From positions 454 to 64,453 of the forward strand of contig JBEKBN010000006.1 of the NCBI GenBank assembly GCA_050015375.1: a DNA stretch of 64,000 bases, in the 5' to 3' direction. The position numbers and the translations under genes were made by a program. Origin of the DNA: Minisyncoccia bacterium. GTDB taxonomy: Bacteria > Patescibacteriota > Minisyncoccia > 2-02-FULL-40-12 > IGHO2-01-FULL-4-A. Shown here piece by piece: positions 1 to 9,078 of this stretch. Positions within the stretch are counted from its first letter, which is position 1. Each line of letters opens with the position of its first letter. Below the pieces are notes generated by a model. The model had not been told where the DNA came from and did no database searches. It saw nothing but the letters and a program-made list of their open reading frames with translations.

Positions 1-208
1 GGTCAAGGTCATTGCGCCGGCCGGAGTCAGTTTCTCGGTTGAGAAGAACGTCATCAAAGTCACGGGCATAGACAAGGAAGCCGTCGGCCATGTGGCCGCC
101 GAGATCCGGGCAGCCAAACCGACCGAACCCTACAAAGGCACGGGCATTAAATACAAAGATGAGGTCGTGATCAGAAAAGCCGGAAAGAAAGCGGTTACGG
201 GAGCATAA
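1..208 (+). CDS. rplF: 50S ribosomal protein L6, C-terminal part (5' truncated by window)
   Basis: Frame from nt 2 reads ...[46 protein letters not shown], the L6 C-terminal signature; upstream of rplR; not in the ORF track. Confidence 0.95.
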   Translation, partial: VKVIAPAGVSFSVEKNVIKVTGIDKEAVGHVAAEIRAAKPTEPYKGTGIKYKDEVVIRKAGKKAVTGA

Positions 209-221
209 TGGCAAAAATTTT

Positions 222-277
222 TCCCGATTTCGTTTCACGAAATCGAGGATCCTCGATTTTTCAAAGAAAAATCGGGA
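222..277. repeat. Composite palindrome between rplF and rplR
   Basis: TCCCGATTT...AAATCGGGA enclosing hairpins CGATTTCGTTTCACGAAATCG and CGATTTTTCAAAGAAAAATCG around GAGGATCCTC. Confidence 0.8.
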
Positions 278-292
278 CAATTTTCAAAAAAA

Positions 293-649
293 ATGAAACG
301 GGATAAAAATCAAAAAAGGACGAGTCGGCATAAAAGAGTGAGAGCCAAGATCTTTGGGACAAAAAATGTTCCCAGGGTTTCCGTGTTCAAAAGCAATAAA
401 AATATCTTCGTTCAATTTATTGACGACGAAAAAGGAAGGACCCTTTTGAGCGGCAAAGGGACAGTTGTTTCAAAGGACGCCGCCCAAAAAACAAAAACAG
501 AAAGATCGGCGGCCATTGGTGAGACATTGGCCAAAGAAGCCGTGAAAGCGGGAATCAAAAAGATCGTTTTTGACCGCGGCGGCTTCAAATATCAAGGTCG
601 GATAAAAGCTTTAGCCGACGGATTAAGAAAAGGCGGACTTCAGTTTTAA
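293..649 (+). CDS. rplR: 50S ribosomal protein L18
   Basis: RHKRVRAKI...PRVSVFKSNK...VFDRGGFKYQGRIKALADGLR motifs; spc operon order. Confidence 0.97.
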   Translation: MKRDKNQKRTSRHKRVRAKIFGTKNVPRVSVFKSNKNIFVQFIDDEKGRTLLSGKGTVVSKDAAQKTKTERSAAIGETLAKEAVKAGIKKIVFDRGGFKYQGRIKALADGLRKGGLQF

Positions 650-653
650 TTTT

Positions 654-1214
654 ATGGATAATATCACACCACAACCCCAGACCCAACACAGAAATAGTTT
701 CGGCGGAAATCGCGGCGGATTTGGCGACCGCGGACCAAGACGCGACAATCGCCCGCCTCGGGAAAAATCCGAATTCGAGACGGCGGTTCTTGATATTGCC
801 CGCGTAACCCGCGTTACCAAAGGCGGTAAACGATTCAGTTTTCGGGCGACGGTGGCGCTTGGCGACGGCAAAGGCCGAGTTGGCGTCGGCGTAGCCCAGG
901 GCATCGATGTCGCCCAGTCAATGGCCAAGGCGTCTCATCAGGCCAAAAAGAACATGATCACGGTCAACATCGTCAAAGAGACCATTTCCCATGAAATAAC
1001 CTGCAAATACAACAGCGCCGTGGTCATGCTCAAACCGGCCCGTCTGGGAAATGGCGTCAAAGCCGGCGGTCCGGTCAGGGTCATTGCCAAACTTGCCGGC
1101 ATCGCCAACATCACCGCCAAATTAATTGAACGAACCGGCAACAAGATCAATATTGCCCGGGCGACGATCGAGGCCCTAAAAAATTTAAAAATCAAAAATC
1201 AAAATGCAAAATGA
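654..1214 (+). CDS. rpsE: 30S ribosomal protein S5
   Basis: RVTRVTKGGKRFSFRATVALGDGKGRVGVG motif. Confidence 0.97.
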   Translation: MDNITPQPQTQHRNSFGGNRGGFGDRGPRRDNRPPREKSEFETAVLDIARVTRVTKGGKRFSFRATVALGDGKGRVGVGVAQGIDVAQSMAKASHQAKKNMITVNIVKETISHEITCKYNSAVVMLKPARLGNGVKAGGPVRVIAKLAGIANITAKLIERTGNKINIARATIEALKNLKIKNQNAK

Positions 1215-1237
1215 CAATGTAAAATTCAAATTCTAAT

Positions 1238-1699
1238 ATGCAAATTCATGATCTAAAGCCAACAATTAAATCGAAAAGCAGAAAAAGAGTCGGACGCGGA
1301 GGCAAGCGGGGAACTTTTTCCGGCCGTGGTTCGAAAGGCCAGAAATCGCGGGCCGGTCATCGGATCCGTCCCGGTTTTCGGGGTGGCGACAATCCGGCTT
1401 GGAAACTTTTCCCGAAACAACGCGGCGCCAGCAAAAAAGTCGGGATCAAACACGCTTTATTCCAAACCCGGAGCGTCAAACCGGCAATCTTGAATTTGGA
1501 TGTTTTGAGTGAGAATTTTAAAGACGGCGATAAAATAACCGCCAGAATTTTAGTCAAAAAAGGTTTGGTCAAGACCGCCAAAAAAGGCGTGAAGATCTTG
1601 GGCGGCGGAGTTATCAATAAAAAATTATCTTTTTCTCGCATTACCATTTCCGAACCGGCTCGGGAAAAAATATTGAAAGCCGGCGGAACGGTAGAATAA
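1238..1699 (+). CDS. rplO: 50S ribosomal protein L15
   Basis: KRVGRGGKRGTFSGRGSKGQKSRAG; KILKAGGTVE C-terminus. Confidence 0.96.
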   Translation: MQIHDLKPTIKSKSRKRVGRGGKRGTFSGRGSKGQKSRAGHRIRPGFRGGDNPAWKLFPKQRGASKKVGIKHALFQTRSVKPAILNLDVLSENFKDGDKITARILVKKGLVKTAKKGVKILGGGVINKKLSFSRITISEPAREKILKAGGTVE

Positions 1700-1700
1700 T

Positions 1701-2960
1701 ATGAACCGAATCTGGAAAGTTTTCAAGATAAAAGACCTTCGCAACAAGATATTTTTCATCTTGGCGCTTTTAGTCGTCTTCCGGGTGGCGGCGGCGATCC
1801 CGATCCCGGGCGTAGACGCCGTGGCTTTGAGGAATTTTTTCCAAAACAACCAGCTTTTCGGTTTGATCTCGAGTTTCACCGGCGGCGGTTTGAATAATTT
1901 TTCGGTGGTCATGCTCGGCCTCGGTCCTTACATCACCGCATCGATCATCATGCAATTATTGACCATGATCTTTCCGTCACTGGAGCAAATGTACAAATAT
2001 GAGGGCGAAGCCGGCCGCCAGAAATTCAATCAATACTCCCGCATTTTGACTGTGCCTTTGGCGATCGTTCAAGGTTACGCTTTCATCACTCTTTTTGCCC
2101 GCCAAGGCATCATCGGCAATTTGTCCCTGACCGCCTGGGCAAGTTCGCTCATCACTATTGCCGCCGGCTCGGTGTTTTTGATGTGGCTTGGCGAACTCAT
2201 CACCGAAAAAAATATTGGCAATGGCGTTTCACTTTTGATCTTTGCCGGCATTGTCGCCCGTTTCCCGACCGAACTTGGCCAAGCGCTGGCCACCCGGACC
2301 TCGGGCGATATCATCACCGGTATTGTTTTCATTTTGATCGCCTTGGTGGTCATTGCCGGTGTCGTTTATCTGACCGAAGCTCAGCGAAATATTCCCATCA
2401 ATTACGCTCGGCGGGTCCGCGGTTCGCGGGTCTATGGCGGCGTCTCGACCTATCTGCCGATGCGGGTCAATAACGCCGGCGTCATGCCGATAATCTTCGC
2501 TTTGTCTTTGCTTTTGTTTCCAAGTATGATCGCCACTTTTTTCAGCGCATCAAGAATCGCTTTCATCGCCTCGGCCGCCAAAGCCGTGGCGGCGTTCATC
2601 CAAAACCAAACCATCTATGCCGTTCTGTATTTCATTCTGGTCGTGGCTTTCACGTATTTTTACACGGCCGTTACTTTTGACCCGAAATCAATTTCCGAAA
2701 ATGTCCAAAAACAAGGCGGCTATGTTCCGGGCATCCGGCCGGGCGAGCAGACCGCTCAATTTCTGACCCATCTTTTGAATAGAGTTACTTTGGTCGGCGC
2801 GGTTTTTCTGGGGCTCATTGCCATTCTTCCTCAAATCGTTCGTGGCGTCACCGGTGTGACGGCCTTCACCGTTGGCGGCACTTCGGTGCTGATCGTAGTG
2901 TCGGTTGTTCTTGAAGTCATCAAGGCATTGGATGCTCAATTATCCATGTATGAGTACTAG
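1701..2960 (+). CDS. secY: Preprotein translocase subunit SecY
   Basis: LGLGPYITASIIMQLL, IGNGVSLLIFAGI, VPGIRPG, GGTSVLIVVSV motifs; multiple TM segments. Confidence 0.98.
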   Translation: MNRIWKVFKIKDLRNKIFFILALLVVFRVAAAIPIPGVDAVALRNFFQNNQLFGLISSFTGGGLNNFSVVMLGLGPYITASIIMQLLTMIFPSLEQMYKYEGEAGRQKFNQYSRILTVPLAIVQGYAFITLFARQGIIGNLSLTAWASSLITIAAGSVFLMWLGELITEKNIGNGVSLLIFAGIVARFPTELGQALATRTSGDIITGIVFILIALVVIAGVVYLTEAQRNIPINYARRVRGSRVYGGVSTYLPMRVNNAGVMPIIFALSLLLFPSMIATFFSASRIAFIASAAKAVAAFIQNQTIYAVLYFILVVAFTYFYTAVTFDPKSISENVQKQGGYVPGIRPGEQTAQFLTHLLNRVTLVGAVFLGLIAILPQIVRGVTGVTAFTVGGTSVLIVVSVVLEVIKALDAQLSMYEY

Positions 2961-2981
2961 CTTCTAGTTAAGGGGGAGGAT

Positions 2982-3269
2982 ATGGGCAGTGTTGCGGTTT
3001 TAGCGAAAATAGCGGTAGAAATCGAGCAAACGATAAAAAGCAAAGAGTCGTTTGAACAAATTTTCGGACCTGTTTTGGGAAGCGAGGAGATGATCGTCGT
3101 TGTTGGTCGGCAGGGATTGTTTGGAAGCGAACAGCTTACAAATGAAGAGATTGCTTGCGAACTCGGTCCGGGAAGACAGAGCACGGAAGTAATTCGTATT
3201 TATTTTGGTGCTCTTGAGAAAATCAAAGCGCATATGGCGTCAACTGGGCGAGTGAGGTTGTTAGAATAA
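2982..3269 (+). CDS. Orphan hypothetical protein between secY and adk
   Basis: 95-aa ORF with GGGGGAGG upstream and terminator GCGGTTCCACGGAGCCGC-T5 downstream. Confidence 0.6.
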   Translation: MGSVAVLAKIAVEIEQTIKSKESFEQIFGPVLGSEEMIVVVGRQGLFGSEQLTNEEIACELGPGRQSTEVIRIYFGALEKIKAHMASTGRVRLLE

Positions 3270-3360
3270 ACTGTTCTTTATCGGCGGTTCCACGGAGCCG
3301 CTTTTTCTTTTTCTCCGGGATTGGAAAAGGAAACGGCGAAATGGTATGATTTAGGCAAAT

Positions 3361-4029
3361 ATGACGAAGAAACTGGTGATTTTAATTGCCCCGCCCGGAG
3401 CCGGCAAAGGAACTCAAGCCAATCTGTTGGCCAAAAAATTTGGCTTATTTCATCTTGAAACCGCGAAAATAATAGAGGACAAATTCAAAAATGCCATACC
3501 CGAAGATCCAGTGATAAAAGCGGCTAAAGAAAAATGGCTGGACGGTGGTTTGGTCGAGCCCAAGGTCGTTGCCCAATGGTTTTTGGAAAAGATCACTAAA
3601 TTGGCCGACGAAAATAACAGCGTTATTTTGTCAGGTTCTCCCCGGACTTTGTATGAAGCCAAATTTGATATGCCGATATTAAGCCGGTTGTTCGGCAAAG
3701 AAAATATTAAAATATTCCATATCAAATTAAGCGAAACAGAATCGATAAAGAGAAATTCTGGCCGAAGAATATGCAAAGCCCATCGCCACCCAATACCGAA
3801 TTTTCCGGAATATAAAGGTCTTACCATGTGCCCCGAAGATGGCTCTGAGCTGATGAGACGCGAACTTGATAAACCTGAAGTGATCAGACAGCGTTATCTG
3901 GTCTATCTTGAAGAAACCGCGCCGATACTAAACTATTTTCACGAAAATAATTATCCGGTAACGGAGATCAACGGCGAACAACCGATAGAGAAAGTTTTTG
4001 AAGATATTCGGAAAAACTTCAATGATTAA
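3361..4029 (+). CDS. adk: Adenylate kinase
   Basis: P-loop APPGAGKGTQA, SGSPRT, LID RRICKAHRH...CPEDG; precedes map. Confidence 0.93.
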   Translation: MTKKLVILIAPPGAGKGTQANLLAKKFGLFHLETAKIIEDKFKNAIPEDPVIKAAKEKWLDGGLVEPKVVAQWFLEKITKLADENNSVILSGSPRTLYEAKFDMPILSRLFGKENIKIFHIKLSETESIKRNSGRRICKAHRHPIPNFPEYKGLTMCPEDGSELMRRELDKPEVIRQRYLVYLEETAPILNYFHENNYPVTEINGEQPIEKVFEDIRKNFND

Positions 4030-4792
4030 TATCAAGTCCCCGGATGAAATTGAAATAATGGCCGAAGGCGGGAAAATCTTGGCCGAGATTTTGCAAAAAT
4101 TATCTGCCGCCGTCAAACCCGGCATCGCTACAATTGAACTTGATAAGCTCGCTCGCGAGCTTTGCTTGTCATATAAAGTCAAACCGGCGTTTTTGGGTTA
4201 CAATGATTTTCCGGCGGCGCTTTGCGTTTCGGTGAATGAGGAAGTTGTCCATGGCGTGCCCTCGGAACGGTCACTTAAGGAGGGCGACATTGTCGGACTT
4301 GATATGGGCGTTATCAATGGCGGTTTCAATACCGACAGCGCCATCACCGTGCCGGTTCTCGGAAATTTAAAATATGAAGATTGGGCGAAAAAAGATCCGA
4401 AACACGCGAAATTAATTGAGGTCACAAAACACGCACTCAATGCCGGAATAAAAAAAGCCGTTGTCGGCAATCGTATCGGCGCAATCGGTCATGAGATCCA
4501 AAAAATTGCCGAAAAGGAAAACTTTGGCGTTGTCCGAGATCTCTCCGGCCACGGCATTGGCCGGGTTTTGCACGAAGAACCGGATGTGCCTAATTTCGGC
4601 AAAACCAGCGACGGCCCTGAGCTCGCCGAGGGAATGGTCATCGCCATTGAGCCGATGATCACCACTGGTGACTGGAAAATTAAACTTGCCTCCGACCACC
4701 AGGCCTACGTCACCCAAGACGGCTCATTCTCGGCCCATTTCGAGCACACCGTGGCGGTTACTTGTAATGGTCCATGGGTATTGACAGAATAG
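4022..4792 (+). CDS. map: Methionine aminopeptidase type I
   Basis: SVNEEVVHGVP, DSAIT, GHGIG..LHEEP, AIEPM, SAHFEHT; ATG at 4022 overlaps adk end. Confidence 0.97.
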   Translation: MINIKSPDEIEIMAEGGKILAEILQKLSAAVKPGIATIELDKLARELCLSYKVKPAFLGYNDFPAALCVSVNEEVVHGVPSERSLKEGDIVGLDMGVINGGFNTDSAITVPVLGNLKYEDWAKKDPKHAKLIEVTKHALNAGIKKAVVGNRIGAIGHEIQKIAEKENFGVVRDLSGHGIGRVLHEEPDVPNFGKTSDGPELAEGMVIAIEPMITTGDWKIKLASDHQAYVTQDGSFSAHFEHTVAVTCNGPWVLTE

Positions 4793-4872
4793 CCCAAAAA
4801 GAGTAGAAATAAAATTGTTGAAAGGGCTCACTCTCGAGCTAAAACAAGCTTTTTAACAAAGGAGAACTGACT

Positions 4873-5742
4873 ATGACTGATAATCTAGTCGGGGCGGTGC
4901 CGGATGACAATCTTGGCATCGTGGAAGATGTAGCTCGCCGTTTGCGGAAGGAGAAAGGTTTTCCAGAACGGATCAAGTTATTCTTGGCTGGAAAACTTCA
5001 GCCAGCAGAAGGTGTTAAGATCATCCCGCGTCCTTTTGCCAAACTTGATCGGATGCTCTCGCGCCGTTTCGGCGAGAGGATTTATGTGAATCCTTATCCG
5101 AAAGAATTCACGCCGGAATTTCTGGCCAATGCTGTGAAATACAATATGCGGCCGGTATTTTGGCCAGGCAAAGATATGATCCCGGACCTCCGGCTGAAAA
5201 AGTGGATTATGCCGAATGCCTGGTTTTACAACCAAGTGTTTGCCGGTAAAATCAAATCCCATGGCGATTTATCGCCAACGAAACTCCAACGCGGTTGGTA
5301 TCTCGCCGATTTCACGATTGGCGCGGACTACACCGACGGCACCCAGGTCTTTATTGACGACCCGTTCGCGCCGATAATCGCGAAACTGCGGGAGCAGAAG
5401 CTCGTTGGCAAATATGACAACACGCCGGTAGGTTCACGCTTCTCAATCGCCCGGAACGAATGGCAAGATTGCGTTTTAGCTCACATTGCCTCCGCTCTAA
5501 ATGTTACCCGATCTCAAATCCGTCTGGAGCGGGCGATTGAATTTAATGCGATTGGAAATCTCTATGATCCTAATCGTGGGAAATTCAAGATGTGGGAATG
5601 GTTTGCCGATCATTTCGGGGGCTCCGGCCGGCTTGTCGGCGGTAGCCGTGGCGTTGGCGGGCTCGCGGGTGTCTGCTGCGTTTGGTTCTGCGATTGGAAC
5701 GATGACATCGCCGCTCGTCCTCTGGTGAGTTTCGTTTCCTAG
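4873..5742 (+). CDS. Probable DGR variable (target) protein with CLec/FGE-like C-terminus
   Basis: C-terminus MWEWFAD...RLVGGSRGVGGLAGV...WNDDIAARPLVSF; no A-ending codons from F(TTT)-A-D to the stop; perfect hairpin downstream; AAGGAG SD. Confidence 0.7.
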   Translation: MTDNLVGAVPDDNLGIVEDVARRLRKEKGFPERIKLFLAGKLQPAEGVKIIPRPFAKLDRMLSRRFGERIYVNPYPKEFTPEFLANAVKYNMRPVFWPGKDMIPDLRLKKWIMPNAWFYNQVFAGKIKSHGDLSPTKLQRGWYLADFTIGADYTDGTQVFIDDPFAPIIAKLREQKLVGKYDNTPVGSRFSIARNEWQDCVLAHIASALNVTRSQIRLERAIEFNAIGNLYDPNRGKFKMWEWFADHFGGSGRLVGGSRGVGGLAGVCCVWFCDWNDDIAARPLVSFVS

Positions 5743-5778
5743 TCCCTTGGACTCTTGGTCCCTTGACCCTTGATGCCC

Positions 5779-5807
5779 CGAGGGCGTTCGCTTTGCGAAC
5801 GCCCTCG
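5779..5807 (+). terminator. Perfect 13-bp hairpin after the putative DGR target (terminator and/or DGR stem-loop)
   Basis: CGAGGGCGTTCGC-TTT-GCGAACGCCCTCG followed by a T-rich tract; preceded by degenerate CTTG(G/A) repeats. Confidence 0.65.
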
Positions 5808-5848
5808 TTTTATTTTGAATTTATCAGTTTTCTGATATAATAATTATT

Positions 5849-6574
5849 ATGTATTTATCCGTCATTATTCCCGCCTACAACGAAGAAAAAAGGATCGGCA
5901 AGACGCTTTTGGCGGTGGATGAATATCTATCGGGACAAAAATACGATTCTGAGATTATCGTGGTGGATAATAATTCAAAGGACAAAACGGCCGATATTGT
6001 CAATAATTTAAAATTTAAAATTTATAATTTAAAATTAATTTCCCAGCCAATTCAAGGCAAAGGCAATGCCGTAGCCAAAGGAATGCTTGAAGCATGGGGC
6101 GATTATCGGGTTTTCATGGATGCCGACAATTCCACCTCCATAGATCATATTGAAAAAATGTGGCCGTTCATTTCGACCGGTTACGATGTTGTCATAGGAT
6201 CGCTCGCGGTCAAAGGCGCAAAGATTCTCCAAGGCGGAGCCGAACCGTGGTGGCGAGTGCTTTTGGGGAAACTCGGCAACAAATGGATCCAGATCTTCGC
6301 GGTCTGGGGAATAAACGATACCCAAAGAGGTTTCAAAATGTTCACGGCCAGAGCGACGGAAAAAATATTTCCGAAATTGACAATATTTGGCTGGGGATTT
6401 GATGTCGAAGTTTTGGCTTTAGCAAAAAAATACGGATACAAAATAAAAGAAATTCCGATAATCTGGGATAACGACCCAAATTCAACGGTGAATTTCTGGG
6501 CCTATCCACAAGTTTTAATGCAAACCGTAAAAGTCAGATGGAATCTATTGATCGGGAAGTATAATAGCCATTAG
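5849..6574 (+). CDS. GT2 glycosyltransferase, dolichyl-phosphate glucosyltransferase-like
   Basis: LSVIIPAYNEE, VVDNNSKD, GKGNAV, FMDAD, DTQRGFK, WGFDVEVL. Confidence 0.92.
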   Translation: MYLSVIIPAYNEEKRIGKTLLAVDEYLSGQKYDSEIIVVDNNSKDKTADIVNNLKFKIYNLKLISQPIQGKGNAVAKGMLEAWGDYRVFMDADNSTSIDHIEKMWPFISTGYDVVIGSLAVKGAKILQGGAEPWWRVLLGKLGNKWIQIFAVWGINDTQRGFKMFTARATEKIFPKLTIFGWGFDVEVLALAKKYGYKIKEIPIIWDNDPNSTVNFWAYPQVLMQTVKVRWNLLIGKYNSH

Positions 6575-6635
6575 TTATTAGCCATTAGTTTTTAGAAAAA
6601 TCCTAAGTTCTAATGGTTAAGTCCTAATTACTAAC
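6570..6635. repeat. Inverted pair of degenerate heptamer arrays (TTAG-type then CTAA-type)
   Basis: ATTAGTT ATTAGCC ATTAGTT ... CTAAGTT CTAATGG TTAAGTC CTAATTA CTAAC, ending at the galT TTG start. Confidence 0.7.
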
Positions 6636-7646
6636 TTGATAAACGAATTTAGGCAAGATCTGGTTTCGGGCGAATGGGTGCTTTTCGCGACCGGAAGAGC
6701 GAAGAGGCCGGGCGAACCAACGGCGAACGGCAACGGCATCCGCATCGGCAAAAATTTTGAGGATTGTCCTTTCGATGACCCGGAAGCGAAGGGCAATGAG
6801 GTCTTGATGACCTATAAAAACGCCGACGGCTCGGATTGGTTCGCTAAGATCATCAAAAACAAATTTCCGGCGGTTTCCGAAGGCGAAATGGCGCCCCGCC
6901 AGAAAGTTGGCCCTTTCGAGGTGACCGATGCCAAGGGTTTGCACGAAATTTTGATCTTCAAAGATCATAATAAATCTCCATATCATTTGTCGCCAAAAGA
7001 ATTTTCAGAAATTATCAGGATCTACCGCGACCGTTATTTGACTTTGGCCGGCTACAGCGGCAGCAAATATATTTTGATATTTCACAATCACGGCTTAGCC
7101 GCCGGCGCCAGCATCCCTCATCCCCATTCCCAGATAATCACCATTCCGATCTTGCCACCCGACATCAAGCGGAGCATTTTGGGTTCGGAACGCTTTTACC
7201 GCGAGAACGGAAAACGGGTCTATGACCTGATGCTTGACTGGGAAATGAACGACAAAAAGAGGATCGTGGCTGAAAATGACGATTTTGTGGCATTTTGCCC
7301 GTTCGTTTCCAAAACCCCTTATGAAGTCAGGATATTCGGCAAAGAAAGCCACGCCCATTTTGAAAGAATTCCCGACCCCAAACTTCAGACATTGGGGGAA
7401 ATTATGAGCAAAGTTATGCGGAAGGTCAGCAAGGCCTTGAATGCTCCGGATTTCAATTATTTCATCCACACCGCGCCGACCGACGGCATGAGCCAAGATG
7501 TCCATGATTTTTACGCTTGGCATATTGAAATTTTACCCAAAATGAAAATTGAAGGCGCGTTCGAACTTGGCAGTGGCGTGGAGGTGAATGTAGTTGATCC
7601 CGACGAAGCGGCGAAACTTTTACGCGAAGCTGAAGTTGAAAATTAG
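6636..7646 (+). CDS. galT: Galactose-1-phosphate uridylyltransferase (HIT/GalT family)
   Basis: EFRQDLVSGEWV..ATGRAKRP, CPF, NKFPA, GASIPHPHSQ motif, FELGSG; TTG start. Confidence 0.9.
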   Translation: MINEFRQDLVSGEWVLFATGRAKRPGEPTANGNGIRIGKNFEDCPFDDPEAKGNEVLMTYKNADGSDWFAKIIKNKFPAVSEGEMAPRQKVGPFEVTDAKGLHEILIFKDHNKSPYHLSPKEFSEIIRIYRDRYLTLAGYSGSKYILIFHNHGLAAGASIPHPHSQIITIPILPPDIKRSILGSERFYRENGKRVYDLMLDWEMNDKKRIVAENDDFVAFCPFVSKTPYEVRIFGKESHAHFERIPDPKLQTLGEIMSKVMRKVSKALNAPDFNYFIHTAPTDGMSQDVHDFYAWHIEILPKMKIEGAFELGSGVEVNVVDPDEAAKLLREAEVEN

Positions 7647-7648
7647 AG

Positions 7649-8260
7649 ATGTCAATATTTACCGCGATCATTAACTGGGCTTTGGCGATCATCGGCGCGA
7701 CTGGATATTTGGGCTTGTTTTTGGCGATGATGTTGGAAAGCGCCGGCGTTCCGATCCCCTCAGAAGTCGTTTTGCCATTCGCCGGTTTTTTGGCGGCTTC
7801 GGGGAAATTCAGTTTGATATTGGTGATCGTAGTGGCCACTACCGCCAACTTGACCGGCGCGCTCATTTTTTTCACTATTGGATATTTTGGCGGCACGAGA
7901 TTTTTACGAAAATATGGACACTTTTTATTTATACGCGAAAAAGAAATTTCGAGAATGGAGCGTTGGCTTGACCGCCACGGCGGCAAGGTCGCTTTTTTCT
8001 CAAGGATGTTGCCCGGCGTCAGGACCTACAGCTCATTGGTGATAGGTTCGGGCAAGTCAAGATTGCGGACGTTTATCGGTTATACGCTTCTGGGCTCGGT
8101 CATCTGGAATTCCATCTGGGCCTATCTCGGATATTACACCGGAAACCGCTGGGAAATATTCGGACCCTACGTCAGAAAATTTGATTATTTAATTCTGGCA
8201 GCGATAATCATTTATATCATTGCTTTTTTTGCCAGACATTTCGGTAGAAAAAATAAATGA
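7649..8260 (+). CDS. DedA family membrane protein
   Basis: MLESAGVPIPSEVVLPFAG; FFSRMLPGVR. Confidence 0.93.
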   Translation: MSIFTAIINWALAIIGATGYLGLFLAMMLESAGVPIPSEVVLPFAGFLAASGKFSLILVIVVATTANLTGALIFFTIGYFGGTRFLRKYGHFLFIREKEISRMERWLDRHGGKVAFFSRMLPGVRTYSSLVIGSGKSRLRTFIGYTLLGSVIWNSIWAYLGYYTGNRWEIFGPYVRKFDYLILAAIIIYIIAFFARHFGRKNK

Positions 8261-9015
8261 AGACATTAGTAGCAAACTGGAAAATGAATCCCCAAAAATT
8301 GGCTGAAGCCGAGGAACTTTTTGAATACACCATCGCCGAATCGGCCAAATATCCGAACGTCAAAACGATAATTTGTCCGCCGTTCGTCTTTATTGAGGAA
8401 TTGTCCAAATTTCTACAAACTACAAACTACAAACTACAAACTAGCATCGGTTCCCAAAATATTTTTTGGGAATCCAAAGGAGCATATACCGGTGAGATTT
8501 CCACCGAGATGCTGAAAAATTTCGGCGTTAGCCATGTTTTGGTCGGCCATTCCGACCGGCGATATGTCATCGGCGAAACGGACGAGGAAATTAATAAAAA
8601 AATAAAAGCCGCGCTTTTGACCGATATAACCCCGGTGCTTCTAGTTGGCGAGAGAGAAGGCGAGAACCGCGAAGAAATTTTGAGGAAACAATTATCCGCT
8701 GACCTGGCCGGCGTTTCGGCGCCCCATTTGGGGAAGATCCTTTTTGCCTACGAACCGGTCTGGGCAATAAGCACAAATCCGAATGCAAAACCCGATACGC
8801 CCGAAAACACTTTGAAGGCGATCACATTTATAAATAATCTTCTTGCTATCAGCTATAAACTACCAGCCATAAGCTGTCTCTATGGCGGTTCGGTCAATGA
8901 AAAAAATATCGTTGATTTTCTCAAACATCCGGAAATCTCCGGCGCCGTCGTCGGCGGAGCCAGTTTGCGAAAAGAAGAATTTGGAAAAATGTTAAACTTA
9001 GTTTCAACAATTTAA
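8257..9015 (+). CDS. tpiA: Triosephosphate isomerase with two heptamer-derived segments
   Basis: VANWKMN, GAYTGEIS, GHSDRR, AYEPVWAI, LYGGSV, VGGASL. Confidence 0.97.
   Translation: MKTLVANWKMNPQKLAEAEELFEYTIAESAKYPNVKTIICPPFVFIEELSKFLQTTNYKLQTSIGSQNIFWESKGAYTGEISTEMLKNFGVSHVLVGHSDRRYVIGETDEEINKKIKAALLTDITPVLLVGEREGENREEILRKQLSADLAGVSAPHLGKILFAYEPVWAISTNPNAKPDTPENTLKAITFINNLLAISYKLPAISCLYGGSVNEKNIVDFLKHPEISGAVVGGASLRKEEFGKMLNLVSTI
8413..8443 (+). repeat. (CTACAAA)4 heptamer array inside tpiA
   Basis: Perfect 7-mer tandem encoding LQTTNYKLQT. Confidence 0.9.
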
Positions 9016-9027
9016 TCCAATTTTATC

Positions 9028-9067
9028 ATATAGATATATTTCCACGATCGTGGGAATAGGTCTATAT
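9028..9067. repeat. Imperfect 40-bp intergenic palindrome between tpiA and pgk
   Basis: ATATAGATATATTTCCACGA|TCGTGGGAATAGGTCTATAT. Confidence 0.7.
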
Positions 9068-9078
9068 CCAAATTTCAA

